Part shown: one piece after another, positions 13,795 through 25,959 of the stretch
How the letters are laid out: each line of letters opens with the position of its first letter
Position numbering within the stretch: the stretch's first letter is position 1
Origin: Dipteris shenzhenensis
Taxonomy: Eukaryota
NCBI GenBank assembly: GCA_047967505.1
Contig: CM106538.1
Direction: 5' to 3' (one strand)
Length of the DNA stretch: 64,000 nt
Position numbers and translations under genes: made by a program
Notes under the pieces: generated by a model
Told to the model about the DNA's origin: nothing
The model's input: only the letters and a program-made list of their open reading frames with translations
Database searches by the model: none

Positions 13795-16762
13795 GTTTCT
13801 CTAATTTTGAACTTTGTAAGCACTGTCTCTACGGGAAGCAGACTAAATCAGCCCATAAAAGAAGGGGAAAGAAAGAGTTTGAAAAGCTTGATTTGGTGCA
13901 TTCAGACGTATGTGGTCCCATGCCTACATGGTCATTAGGCGGGGCTGAATACTATGTGACATTCATTGATGATGCAACTAGGAAAGTGTGGGCTTATGCT
14001 ATAGCTCAGAAGAGTGATGTGTTCCAAGTGTTTCAGAAATGGCTGGCCTTGGTTGAGAATCAGTCAGGTAGAACGCTTAAATGCCTACAGACTGACAATG
14101 GTGGAGAGTATCTCTCTCATGACTTTCAGCATTTCTGTGATACACGTGGGATTAAGAGGGAGCTCACATCCCCTCATACTCTAGAGCAAAATCCAGTTGC
14201 AAAAAAGATGAACCGTACTATTCAAGAAAGGTTGCAATGCATGCTTTCCAATGCAAGTCTTTCTGGTGGTTTTTGGGCTGAGGCAATGAAGACTACGGTG
14301 CATGTGATCAATAGATCACCTAGTAAGAGTTTGGATGGTGGTATTCCTGAAGAGGCATGGAGTGGCAAGAAGCCCTCTTACTCTCATTTGCATATATTTA
14401 GGTGTGAGGCATATGCACATGTGCCAAAAGAGCTTCAAAAGAAGCTAGATCCTAAGTCTAGGAAATGCATCTTTCTAGGTTATGGTGAAAGTGGAGAGAT
14501 GGGTTATCATCTCTGGGATCTAGAAGCAAAGAAAATCATATGCAGCCATGATGTAGTCTTCAATGAGAAGAAGATGCATAAGGCACCCATGAGGGATGTG
14601 GAAATGAGGAGAATCACTTTCCAGGATGTGAATCCACCTACATATGTTGATAGACAGCAAGCTCTCCATGCACCAAATGTGCAAGAAATGGTACCACCAA
14701 GTACTCCCACAGGTATACAATCAAGGGTAGATGATGGATCATCTATTGGTGGAAATGATGAGCCAAATGTGGCTGATATGTAGGTGGGACAGCAAGCTGA
14801 AATGCCCTTGAGAAGATCATCTAGAGTGTTTAGACCACCTGATAGGTTTGTTCTAGGGGTAGACTATGTGATGCTTACTGATTGTGGGGAGACTTCTTGC
14901 TATAGAGAGGCTATGATGTGCGAGGATCAACGCAAGTGGGAGTATGCTATGCAATCAGAGATGAGTTCACTTATGAAGAATAAGACTTGGGACTTGGTTT
15001 CTTTGCCACATGGAAAGAAAGCATTGCCATGTAAATGGGTCTACAAAATGAAGGTCACAGGTGATGATATGCCTAGGTACAAGGCCCGTTTGGTCGCTAA
15101 AGGGTTCAAACAGGAGAAGGGTGTGGACTTTGATGAGATATTCTCTCCGGTTGTGAAGATGACCACACTTACATGCATGCTTGGACTAGTGGCATCAGAG
15201 GATATGGAGCTTATGCAAATGGATGTCAAGACAGCTTTCTTGCATGGGGATTTGCATGAGGAAATTTACATGGTGCAGCCGGAAGGCTTTGAAGTTTCTC
15301 TGATTTCGAATTTTGTGAGCACTATCTCTATGGGAAGCAGACTAAATCAGCCCATAAAAGAAGGGGAAAGAAAGAGTTTGAAAAGCTTGACTTGGTGCAT
15401 TCAGACATATGTGGTCCCATGCCTACATGGTCATTAGGCGGGGCTGAATACTATGTGACATTCATTGATGATGGAACTAGGAAAGTGTGGGCTTATGCTA
15501 TAGCTCGGAAGAGTGATGTGTTCTAGGTATTTCAGGATTGGCCGGCCTTGAGAATCAATCAGGTAGAATGCTTAAATGCCTATGGACTGACAATGGTGGA
15601 GAGAATCTCTCTCATGACTTTCAGCATTTTTGTGATAGAGATGGGATTAAGAGGGAGCTCACATCCCCTCATACTCCAAAGCAAAATCTAGTTGCAGAAA
15701 AGATGAACTGTACCATTCAAGAAAGGTTGCAATGCATGCTTTCTAGTGCAAGTCTTTCTGGTGGTTTTTGGGCTGAGGCAATGAAGACTATAGTGCATGT
15801 GATCAATAGATCACCTAGTAAGAGTTTGCATGGTGGTATTCCTGAAAAGGCATGGAGTGGCAAGAAGCCCTCTTACTCTCATTTGCATATATTTGGGTGT
15901 GAGGCATATGCACATGTGCCAAGAGAGCTTCGAAAGAAGCTAGATCCTAAGTCTAGGAAATGCATCTTTCTCGGTTATGGTGAAAGTCGAGAGATGGGCT
16001 ATTGTCTCTGGGATCCAGAAGCAAAGAAGATCATACATAGCCATGATGTAGCCTTCAATGAGAAGAAGATGCTTAAGGCACCCATGAGGGATGTGGAAAT
16101 GAGGAGAATCACTTTCTAGGATGTGATTCCACCTACATATGTTGATAGACAACAAGCTCTCCATGCACCAAATGTGCAAGAAATGGTACCACCAAGTACT
16201 CCCACAGGTATACAATCAAGGGTAGATGATGGATCATCTATTGGTGGAAATGATGAGCCAAATGTGGCTTATATGCAAGTGGGACAACAAGCTGAAATGC
16301 CCTTGAGAAGATCATCTAGAGTGTCTAGACTGCCTGATAGGTTTGTTCTAGGGCTAGACTATGTGATGCTTACTGATTGCGGGGAGCCTTCTTGCTACAG
16401 AGAGGCTATGATGTGCGAGGATCAACGCAAGTGGGAGTATGCTATGCAATCAGAGATGAGTTCATTTATGAAGAGTAAGACTTGGGAATTGGTTTCTTTG
16501 CCACATGGAAAGAAAGCATTGCCATGTAAATGGGTCTACAAGATGAAGGTCATAGGTGATGATGTGCCTAGGTACAAGGCCCGTTTGGTCGCTAAAGGGT
16601 TCAAGCAAGAGAAGGGTGTGGACTTTGATGAGATATTCTCTCTGGTTGTGAAGATGACCACTTAGATGCATGCTTGGCCTAGTGGCAGCAGAGGATATGG
16701 AGCTTATGTACAAGACAACTTTCTTGCATGCTGATCTGCATGAGGAAATTTACATGCTGCAG
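13795..16762 (+). repeat. ~1.5 kb tandem duplication of integrase plus start of RT (copy 1 13795-15293, copy 2 from 15294)
   Basis: After RT YMVQPEGFE the sequence jumps back to the pre-integrase region. The junction has TTTGA(A)G microhomology. Confidence 0.92.
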
Positions 16763-17854
16763 TGTTGACTCTGTGCCAACATGAACTTATGAAGAAAGAG
16801 AAGGTGTTACAACTTTGTGTTACAACTTCTAGACACAACTTTATGTTACGACTTTGTGTAACAACTTTGTGTTGCAAGTTTGTGTTACAAGTTTATGTTA
16901 CGACTTTGTGTAACAACTTTGTGTAACAACTTTGTGTTACATCTTCTACATGAAGAGAGAGAATGTGTTACGACTTTGTGACACAACTTTGTGATACGAC
17001 TTTGTGTTACATGCAGAGAGGGAAGCTCTCCAACTTGTATAAATACCCCATAATGGAATGAAGCCCACACTCTTGGGGCATTGTGTTGAGTCTACATTGG
17101 TATTCCAAGCATTTGTCTCAAGTGTCCATGCTTCCTTGCACTGCACGTCCAAAAGCATGTCCTAACCTTGCAACCCTTCTCCCCTCTCCTCCAACCCTGC
17201 AACCCATCCTCTCCCTCTCCTCCTCCCTCCTCCCTCCTCCTCCTCCCTCCTCCTCCTCCTCCTCCTCCTCCTCCTCCTCCTCCTCCCTCCTCCTTCTCCT
17301 CTCTCCTCCCTCTCCCTCCTCCTCTTCCCTCCTCCTCCTTCCTCCTCTCTCTCTTACTTCACCCATGCTCTTACACCTTCTTCCTCTCCCACTCCTATGC
17401 TTTCCTAAACCCTTAACTCAATGATCTACGAGGGAGACGAGTTCTCCACCATGTACTTTACTCTGAACCTTGGATCCTCCTCCTAACCCTGAACTCCTTC
17501 TATACCTTGGAACCTCCTTCTGAACCCTGGAACTCTTTCTAACCCTGAACTCTTTCTAAACCCTGGAACCTCCTTCTGAACCCTTAAACTCCTCCTAAAC
17601 CCTACAACCCCCAATGGAGGCGGAAGCCTTCATTACCCCAACAACAATGGTTTACGTGCCTTTTACACATGCTTGCATTATGTTTACTCACCACACTTAA
17701 GCCTACGTCTCTCACCGGAACACGACTCGAGGTCCTAAGCTACACATATACTACAACGACAATCCCAATATATCTGTAGGTGACAAAAAGCCTCGGAACA
17801 CTGCAACATAGTGAACCCAGCTCTTCCTACGGAAGCAGTAGGAAAGAGCCAACA
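16763..17854 (+). mobile_element. Solo LTR E1 (1092 bp) with TSD TGCAG
   Basis: TGTTGACTCT...AGAGCCAACA termini. TGCAG at 16758-16762 and 17855-17859. The A2 RT frame resumes after it. Homologous to 55158-56341. Confidence 0.93.
16804..17012. repeat. 13-bp minisatellite (ACAACTTTGTGTT)n inside LTR E1
   Basis: Tandem units visible directly. Confidence 0.85.
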
Positions 17855-18688
17855 TGCAGCCAGAAGGCTTTGAAGAAAAGGGCAAAGAGCATTTAGTTTG
17901 CAAGCTGAAGAAGAGTCTCTATGGTCTTAAGCAAGTTCCTAGAGAATGGTATCAGAAGTTTGATGCTTTCATTCGGTCCTAGGGTTTTAGGAGTGAAATT
18001 GATCACTGCCTCTACACTAAAAGGGCTAAGGATAATAGCTTGATACTCCTGGAACTATATGTGGGTGATATGCTATTGGCTAGCAAGAATACTTATGAGC
18101 TAGATGCATTAAAGGCCAAGTTGCATGAGGCCTTTGATATGAGGGACTTGCAGGTAATATTCTTGGTATGCGCATCACGCGTGATCGGAGTAGGAACTCC
18201 TTTGGCTTTCATAGAAGGAGTATGTTACAAAAGTATTGCAGTGTTTCAATATGGAGGGGGGGAAGGAAGTGAGTACTCCATTGCCTCTATATGTGAAATT
18301 GAGTCATACAGATAGTCCCAAATCAGATGAGGAGAGGGCCATGATGGCCAAGGTTCCTTATGCATCAGTGGTTGGGAGTCTTATGTATGCTATGATAGCT
18401 ACTAGAGTAGACATTGCATTTGCAGTGGGAGTTGTTAGTCGGTATATGGCAAATCTAGAAAAGAGGCATTGGGAGGCAGTTAAGTGCATCATGAGGTACA
18501 TGAAGGGTACCAAGGAGATGTGCATCTGCTTTGGTAGAGGAGACATGCGTTTACTTGGGTACACAGATTCAGACTATGCAAGAAGGCATGTGGATAGTAG
18601 GAGATCCACTTCTGGTTATGTGTTCACCTTTGCAGGTGGTGCAATGTCGTGAATGTCTCATGCACAAAAGTGCATTGCTTTGTCTACC

Positions 18689-19451
18689 ATACCTTCGGAG
18701 TGGCTTGGTGTCATGTCTCCCTCTTGCTTGGCTGCTTCGTTCTCAATCATATGCACCTTTGTCATTGGAGTTTTCTTTCTTTTTGGACATTCAATTGCTA
18801 TATGTCCCACGTTGTTGCACTTGAAACACCTTATTTCTTTCTTTGGAAAATTTCCACCGTTCCGCTTCAAAGAAGAGTCTGTCTTTTGTGGAACAAAACC
18901 AAATTTAGATTTAAATAAGGGCTTTTTATCAAACCTCCTCTTATTATGGAAAGGTACAGGCCATTCCAAGTCTTTCCCTTCTTTTGGGATTCCATTCTTC
19001 CTCTCACAATTCATTGCAAGAGAAATCACAAAGTTTAGTGAACGAGGATGAAACATGTTAATCTTGGCTCTTAATTTAGATTTTAGACCTGCCACATACT
19101 TTCTTCATTGATCTCGCTCACTCACTTTCTCTAAGGATTTTAACTGGATCAACATTTGCCAAAACCTATCAATGTAAGTGGAGATCGTTTCTTTATCGAA
19201 TTGCCTGAAAGTATCCCACTCTTGTCTGGCTTTTTTTTGAAGTGTGAGGGAAGGAAATTTCTCTTAATAAGCTTTTGAAAAGACCTCCAAGATTTTGGTT
19301 GCCTTTTACTATGCTTAGTAATGTTCCACCAGAGTGCAGCACGCTCAACTAGCTGATTTGTAGCACATTTAATTTTATCTTTTTCAGAGAATTTCTCCCC
19401 TAAAATGTAATCATCTAGCTGACTAATCCAAGACAAGACAGTGTCAGTGGT
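18689..19451 (-). pseudogene. gag: Ty3/gypsy gag fragment (retrotrans_gag-like plus zinc knuckle)
   Basis: VLSWISQLDDY..KIKCATNQL..AALWW..SW..FQKLIKRNFLP and CFKCNNVGHIAIEC on the minus strand; no LTR seen. Confidence 0.75.
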
Positions 19452-20032
19452 AGGTAATTGTTTGCTTGGGTGTAGCCATTTTTGGTGAGGTTCAGGGACA
19501 ATTCTGTAAATAGATATCTTGCCTGACCCATAACTTATGCATTGCTCAACGGAATTCGGCAAACTTTGTCTTCAAGTTGTAGTACACATTCCAAGCTTGA
19601 ACATGAGAGAAAAAAATTATAGAATAATGATTTGGAATGAGATCTCATTAAAGCATTACAAGTGCTATGTTGCATGTGAAGCATGCATCCTGAAGACTAT
19701 AAGATATAGCAATTTATTAAAAAACATCAAAATTTTGTTCTATACATACATGCAACCAAGTAATCATTCAAAAGTACACTATGTGAGCTTCTCCCTCAAC
19801 CCAAGGACACACCTAAATGAGATAATTATGCATGGGTTAATGGGCCTCAATTGTTGTGCTAAAGTGATGCATACCCATTTCAGGGCACGCTCCATAACTT
19901 TTTTTTTATTTGTTGAAAACCAAAACGGATTGAAAATTTGGAATCCAAACTATTGGGACTAGTGCATGGTGGTCTTAAAACATTGATAGTTGTTGGTATT
20001 GGTATCTATATTTACCCTAAAATGGAAGAAGT
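19452..20032 (+). repeat. Left terminal inverted repeat of Sola2 element
   Basis: Begins AGGTAATTGTTTGCTTGGGTGTAGCCATTTTTGGTGAGGTTCAGGGAC; the inverse is at the right end. Confidence 0.9.
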
Positions 20033-20561
20033 TGGAAAAGTGCAATTTGTGCATGTGCAATGATATTTTAATAAATCCAATACTATTTACAATTTTGAAT
20101 TGTTTCTTTTTCCATGCACTTGCTTGCTATATGTCTCATAAGCATGCCAAAGGTCATTGCATTTAATAATACATAGCATCAAACCCGATAGCATGCCCTT
20201 TGGCCTATTTGTGTTTTGAAGCATTTTAGGCCACATTGCACTTGCTTGGGATATCCAATATCCAATTCTGCTGACATGTATCGCTGGAGGGGGGAAAACG
20301 TGCGGCTGAAATTTTGCTACTCTACTCTCCCAAATTTTGAATTTTCACACCTCCCGCCCATCAAATCTTGGAAGATTAAGTACCCGCAACGTGTCCCCAC
20401 CCTACAAATGCCCTACAACCCATACGCAATGAGTACGCAACTGGACGTGACCTTGCGCACACTTTGGTTTACCATTGTCTTCTTTCAAGTAAGTTGTCTT
20501 CTATTCTTTGGTTGCCTCACTAGCTAGCTTCTATGGGTGTATTCTAGACTAAATTGGGGCC

Positions 20562-23500
20562 ATGGCATCAATGGAAACATGCAACTCACCATGGCTTGCA
20601 AGAGAAGTAGACAGAGGCTATGAGATAGGAAAGCCAAAAAGCTAGGTCAAGGCATAAGGAATAGAGTGTGGGTCAAGGAAAGCGATGGCATGGTATAGAA
20701 TCGGCAATGAAAAACACTTTTGCAACATCTACGAAGGGAGAAACAATGAGAAGAAAGAAGACTCCTTGCAGAGAGTAGCAGCAAGAAGTGGTTGCAGATG
20801 CACACATTCGATCATTGCCATCGGAGCGAGGAACACGAGCTGTGGTGTCATGATTGGTGAGAGCATTCGAGGCAGCAACATCAGGCCATTCAGGTGATTA
20901 CCAGTCTTGAGTCTTCACAAGATTTAGCTTGCACCCTAAAGTTCGTAGAGTAGCAACCCTACCAACATCTCAGGAGATGCATGCCCAAGAGGTGATGCTC
21001 TCTAACATGAGAAATGGCCTACATAAACTGAAAGGGGTGCACAACTTACATCAACTAGCTATGAAGAGGGTGACATTAGCTATGTTGGTGTCCCATGAAA
21101 CAAAGGGGAAACAGCTTGGGCATACAACATTGAAGATGTTGTCCATCAGAAGGACCAACGTGGCTCCAACGATTGAATGTAGAGAAGAAGCAATGCACGA
21201 TCATCCCAATCCAAGAAGTCTGTGGGCTTCAACAAAATGCAAGAAAAGGAGAGACAACCTAAGTGCAGAAGTCATTACTTCAGTAACAACATTTTGGCAT
21301 GAAAATACGAGAGTTTCTCCAAATAGAAAGAACGTTTGTAAGAAATGGACAAGATGCAACGTGTTTGAGGAGCACATCATACACATGCTAGATACAACGC
21401 AGGTCAATGGTCCCTAAACCAGCTCGGTGGTTTTTTGTGATTGAGCTTTGGGATAGTTTACTTGTTTCATTTCTTAAACTAGGCTTGGACTAAATGTGAT
21501 TGTCCTAAACCAGCCTGGTCATTGGAACATCATGCAACCGTAGGTTGGTTGAGCTCAATTGCTAGTTATGTGATTGTCTTGAACTAGCATGGTTGAATAG
21601 ACATTAGTTGTTGTCCAGCCTAGTGGCATGGTTGAGCACAAATTAACAGTAATATATTTCATAATATATTGCTATTTTACTAAACCAGACCGATGGTTGC
21701 AACATCATGCAATCGTGGCTGCTTCAGCTCAATCACCAGTTATGTGATTGTCCTGAACTACTGAACCAGCGTGGTTGAACAAACATTAGTTATTGACCAG
21801 CCCGATGGTTGAAATTATTGTGTTTCTTAGTACTTAAATTCGTTAAATTTAATTTCTTGCTATTTGGGTCATATACCACTATTAAATTTTGAAGGTCAAA
21901 AATGAAAAGCAATATTTTGTTATTTTCTAATGGTGAAATTCAGAAATGAAAAGCAATATACTTGTTATTGTCTAATATGTGAAGTTGAGACCGTCAGGCT
22001 AAACCATCCCAGTGGTTGAAATTGTGACAGTGTCCTAAATGATCCTGGTGGTTGACTATCCTAAACATGTCCTAAACCAGCCCGTGATTGAAATTGTGAA
22101 TGTCCTAAACCAACGTGGTGGCTGCAAATTGTTTTGCTTCATTATATACTTTAATTAGACTATGTTTTGTATTCTTTTAGTAGTAGCAAAAAGGGAGCTC
22201 ATTGTTCTATTGTTCCCACATGTTGGGTCAGTAGGCAGAGTTGTATCTCAAGTTTATGGATAAAAACTAGGACATTTCAATTAGGCAAAGGAGCTTTGAG
22301 CATTGTAAGCCATGGTACATCAGGAAACTCAAAGATAGGAATTATAATTGTTGTTGCAAAACACACATAGACTTTGACCTGGCCGTGGCAAGCTATGAAT
22401 GACTCTTGAGATCTGGTCGTGTTGGAGCATTGCTCCATGGGGATTGATGCCCATGCCTCCCCAATGAATGTGCAGTCTGTAGGCCACTTGGATCATCCTC
22501 ATCATGTGTTGCAAGGGAGGGCAGGTTTTATAGCCTAAGGTCTCTAAGGGAGCCAGTGGTTTGTCCAAAGGGAGACCATGAGTGGCACATGATTGAATGC
22601 ATTTGTGGCACATGCAAGCATTGCAATTTGAAGCTAAAGAATAAGACATTCAATGTCTTTCCAAATGAAATGAGGGAAGACAACCATGTTGCTCTAAAAT
22701 GGAGGAGATTTGAAAAATGTCAATGTTGAAGGATCCAATAAAAAGAGATGGCTACTGTCATATAAGAGCACCCCAGCCAAGGGAGCTTGTAGGTCATGTG
22801 GTTCAATCCATCCCAAAATATGTGCTTCAGAATTTCACAGCTAGATGGCAGGATAAGCAGTTCAGGACGTGCCTTGCCAATTTTCCCCATGACACTATTG
22901 TATCTGTCATAGATTTTGCAAAAAAATTATTCTTTTCAAGAGCAAGATGAGATACAAAGTGCTCATGGGTACAACAAGCAAATAACAATTCTTGTACATA
23001 TCACATACAATCATTTGCTTTGTTCTTCAATGCCTGATGCCAATTTGCTTGCTAACTCATAGGATTCCAGGTTAGTGCAATGCAAGTACCATTTCTACAT
23101 TTCAGAGGATAGGGAACATGACACCCTATTTGTGCAGCATGCTTTTCTACTACATTGGGAATGGCTAGAAAAAAAAAATCCCCATGCACAAAATATAAAA
23201 CAACATTGGGTGTGGTCAGATGGTGCTGCCTCTCAATTTAAATTACCACATGGATTCTAGTTCGTCTCAAGGATCAAATCCCTGACCGCAGCAGTCTAGA
23301 CATGCTGTGGAATTTCTTTGGGTCTAGCCATGGCAAGGGTGAACATGATGGATGCGGTGCTGTTATTAAGAAAGCTCTGTTTAAACGCTCTGTTTAAACA
23401 CCAATTAGCATGCCCTCAAGAAAAACTCAATGATGCCCATGATGATGTAACATGCCACCCTCTCCAGAGGCATGCATTCAACATGTAGTAAACGAAGCCT

Positions 23501-24206
23501 GAAGAATACTATAGTACGCAGAGTGTTCCATGAAGTGAAAGTGGATGAAGTGCAAAGGAGAAGATGACACAGTTGCAAGAAAATTAAAGGAGTTTGTGGT
23601 CTGCACAGCATATGGGGATTTTTAAACCACCAACTGATTAAAACGAGAAAAATTTCTTGTTTCTGCAATGCGTACATCATAGATCATGACGATTGTGAGA
23701 ACATTGCAACTGTGAAGACATGGAAGGGAGTTCAATTTTTCCCTCTACGTTTAGATGGAGTGACAAACAATGGAGAGACAAATGACTCGCCATAGTTTGG
23801 GGAGAGTTTCGATAACCTCATTGACTATCTGGAAGAGGGGGATAACTTTGCACTTGTCATAGATTCTGGGGAGAACGAGGAAGATGACCCATACTTTCTG
23901 TTGTAGTGCACAAAACCTAAGTAGAAGGTTGAGGAAACATTTAAGGATAATTGAGGAACAATCTATGACAAGTGGGATGTAGTAGTCGGAGCTTTTTGGT
24001 ATGAAAAAACATCCAAGAGAGGCTGCAATTATGAACTTCTACATAAGAATTCACAAACATGTGTGTACTCTCATCTAGTAAGAGCTATAAAGTTCCAAAT
24101 GCAACCTGTGCAACAATGAAAGAAGGGCAAGAGTGTCTTCAAATTAGAATTAGACATGCATGAGCACATCTTGGGGTGTCTTGGAGTGGTAGACGAGGAT
24201 GAATGA
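20562..24206 (+). pseudogene. Sola2-type DDD transposase, decayed, with an intron at ~21403-22234 (start approximate)
   Basis: FEHCKPWY..CCCKTH; IVSVIDFA(EN)YSFQEQDEIQSAH..QITILVH; YHFYISEDREHD; WVWSDGAASQFK; WNFFGSSHGKGEHDGCGAVIK. These match the DF.ENY / SDG..QF/YK / HGK..DG.G pattern of Sola2. Confidence 0.8.
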
Positions 24207-24460
24207 GATAGTACTAATAAAATGTATGTAGTCTCATTGCGAGGAAACAATATGTCCACTTGTCCTACAAAATGGAATTTGTATTTGAGTCTTTTTCTTT
24301 TTAGTATATCCCAAACAACCACCGTGTTGGTTTTATTAAATTGTTTGTGTAAATCCCAAATGGTAAATCCAATGTTTGTTTTTAGTATATCCCAACAACT
24401 GCCGCACTGGTTTCCCATAACAAATCCACACATCCTATGTCACTACTACAAAACTAGGTA

Positions 24461-25370
24461 GAAATGGCAGCCCAAAGGTGACATTTCTACATTATTAAAT
24501 GGCACTTTCTTGCTGCCATTTCCACATGTGCCATTTATTGGAAATGGCAACCAAAAGGGCCATATATTTTTGCCATTTCTATGTCCATAATGGCAACCAA
24601 AAGTGCCATATATTTTGCCATTTTTACATATGAAATGGCAACTAAAAATGCCATATATTTTTGACATCTCCACATATAAAATGGCAACCAAGGGTGCCAT
24701 ATATTTCTGCCATTTTTGTTTCTAAAATGGCAACCAAAAGTGCCATGTATTTTGCCATTTTTATTTATTAAATGGCAACTAAAATTGCCATATACTTTTG
24801 CCATTTCCACATGCAAAATGGCAACCAAAAGTGCCATATATTTTTGCCATTTTATGTCTTAAATGGCAACCAAAAGTGCCATATATTTTGCCATTTTTTT
24901 GTATGAAATGGCAACCAAAAGTGCCATATAGTATTGCCATTTCTACATGCAAAACGACAACAAAAAGTGCCATATATTTTTTCCATTTTGATGTCTAAAA
25001 TGGCAACCAAAAGTGCCATATATTCTGCCATTTTTACGTATGAAATGGCAACTAAAGTGCCATATAGTTTTGCCATTTCCATAATCAAAATGGCAACCAA
25101 AAGTACCTTATATTTTTGCTATTTTTAATGCATGAAATGGCACTACATTTGAGACCAACTGTGAAAGAAATGGCAAAAGGTGACATAAAACTTATGTTTG
25201 AAATGGCAAAAGGTGACATAAAAATTGTCACTTATTATATTCAAAATGGCAAAAGATGACTTAAAATTTGCAAGATTTCACGTTGAAAATGGAAATAAAG
25301 TGACATACAAAATGTCGGTTATTATGTTACAAATGGCAAGAAATGGAATCACAATTGCCATTTCTTATTT
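24461..25370. repeat. CACTA subterminal repeats (AAATGGCAACCAAAAGTGCCATATATTTTGCCATTT, ~47-bp period)
   Basis: More than a dozen units with inverted AAATGGCA/TGCCATTT motifs next to the CACTA end. Confidence 0.9.
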
Positions 25371-25709
25371 TATAAACTATAGCATTCAAAATGGGCAAAA
25401 ATTTTGTAACTTCTACTAGCTTTTAAAATGGGCCAAAAAGTTACATCATATTGGAATCTTAAATGACTAAAATTTTACATTTGATACTTGGTATCCACGA
25501 ATGAAATTTATTATCTAAATGTAAAAGATTAATCAAAAGTCTCAAGTGCATCAGTACTCATAGTACACAATGTGAAGAAGTCATCTAAAATTCTAAGGAA
25601 TAACTTTTACCTTTTATAACACACACATTTTACTTGATAACAAATATTATTCGATAGTTGATTTAGAAATAAATAATACAGTTTTTACATTAAAAAATAA
25701 AAAATAAAA

Positions 25710-25959
25710 CTATAAAGACATTACATGAAGAGTTTTCCAAGCAACATTCAAGCCTACAGCTTGACCAAGTGTCTAAATCTCATCATTTGTTTTAAATAAT
25801 GATTGCATCATCAACTCGTACTGTTACATAACCAACTCCTATTTGTATAGTATGAACTCTAAATGAAGGATCCAAACTAATTATTGTCCCTATTCCAACT
25901 ATGTCTTTTGAGTCCATATGTAAGATCTTTACTTGTTGTCCCCTTTGAAAAGCATCAAC
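25710..25959 (-). pseudogene. Last exon of CACTA TnpA-like gene (TNP1/EN/SPM C-terminal-type domain)
   Basis: Manual translation gives VDAFQRGQQVKILHMDSKDIVGIGTIISLDPSFRVHTIQIGVGYVTVRVDDAI...TLGQAVGLNVAWKTLHV*, preceded by an AG acceptor. Confidence 0.65.

Larger units (their letters stand above)
11437..18688 (+). mobile_element. Ty1/copia element A2 (same family as A1): leader, gag-pol, internal duplication, solo-LTR insertion; truncated in RNaseH
   Basis: Leader aligns with 523-1487. Gag ATG at 12392. WILDSGASFH, VHSDVCGP, QMDVKTAFLHG and YTDSDYA motifs. No 3' LTR. Confidence 0.9.
12392..18688 (+). pseudogene. gag-pol: decayed copia Gag-Pol of A2
   Basis: ORF fragments at 12392, 13123, 13351, 13614, 14784, 15538, 16123, 18040 and 18236 give the PR-INT-RT-RH order with many stops and frameshifts. 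Confidence 0.9.

Noticed and set aside
17083-17424. Poly-Ser/Pro/Glu ORFs here and at 45576-45931 and 55561-56007
   Set aside because: Translations of (CCT)n tracts within LTR or low-complexity sequence.
17460-17610. Telomere-like AAACCCT repeats (also 55960-56090 and TTAGG runs at 58820-58900)
   Set aside because: Degenerate ~19-bp LTR-internal repeats or low-complexity sequence, not tandem TTTAGGG arrays.
24446-25419. Repetitive ORFs or a CRISPR-like repeat-spacer pattern
   Set aside because: These are CACTA subterminal repeats next to a CACTA terminus. Spacers are short and related, the context is eukaryotic and there are no cas genes.
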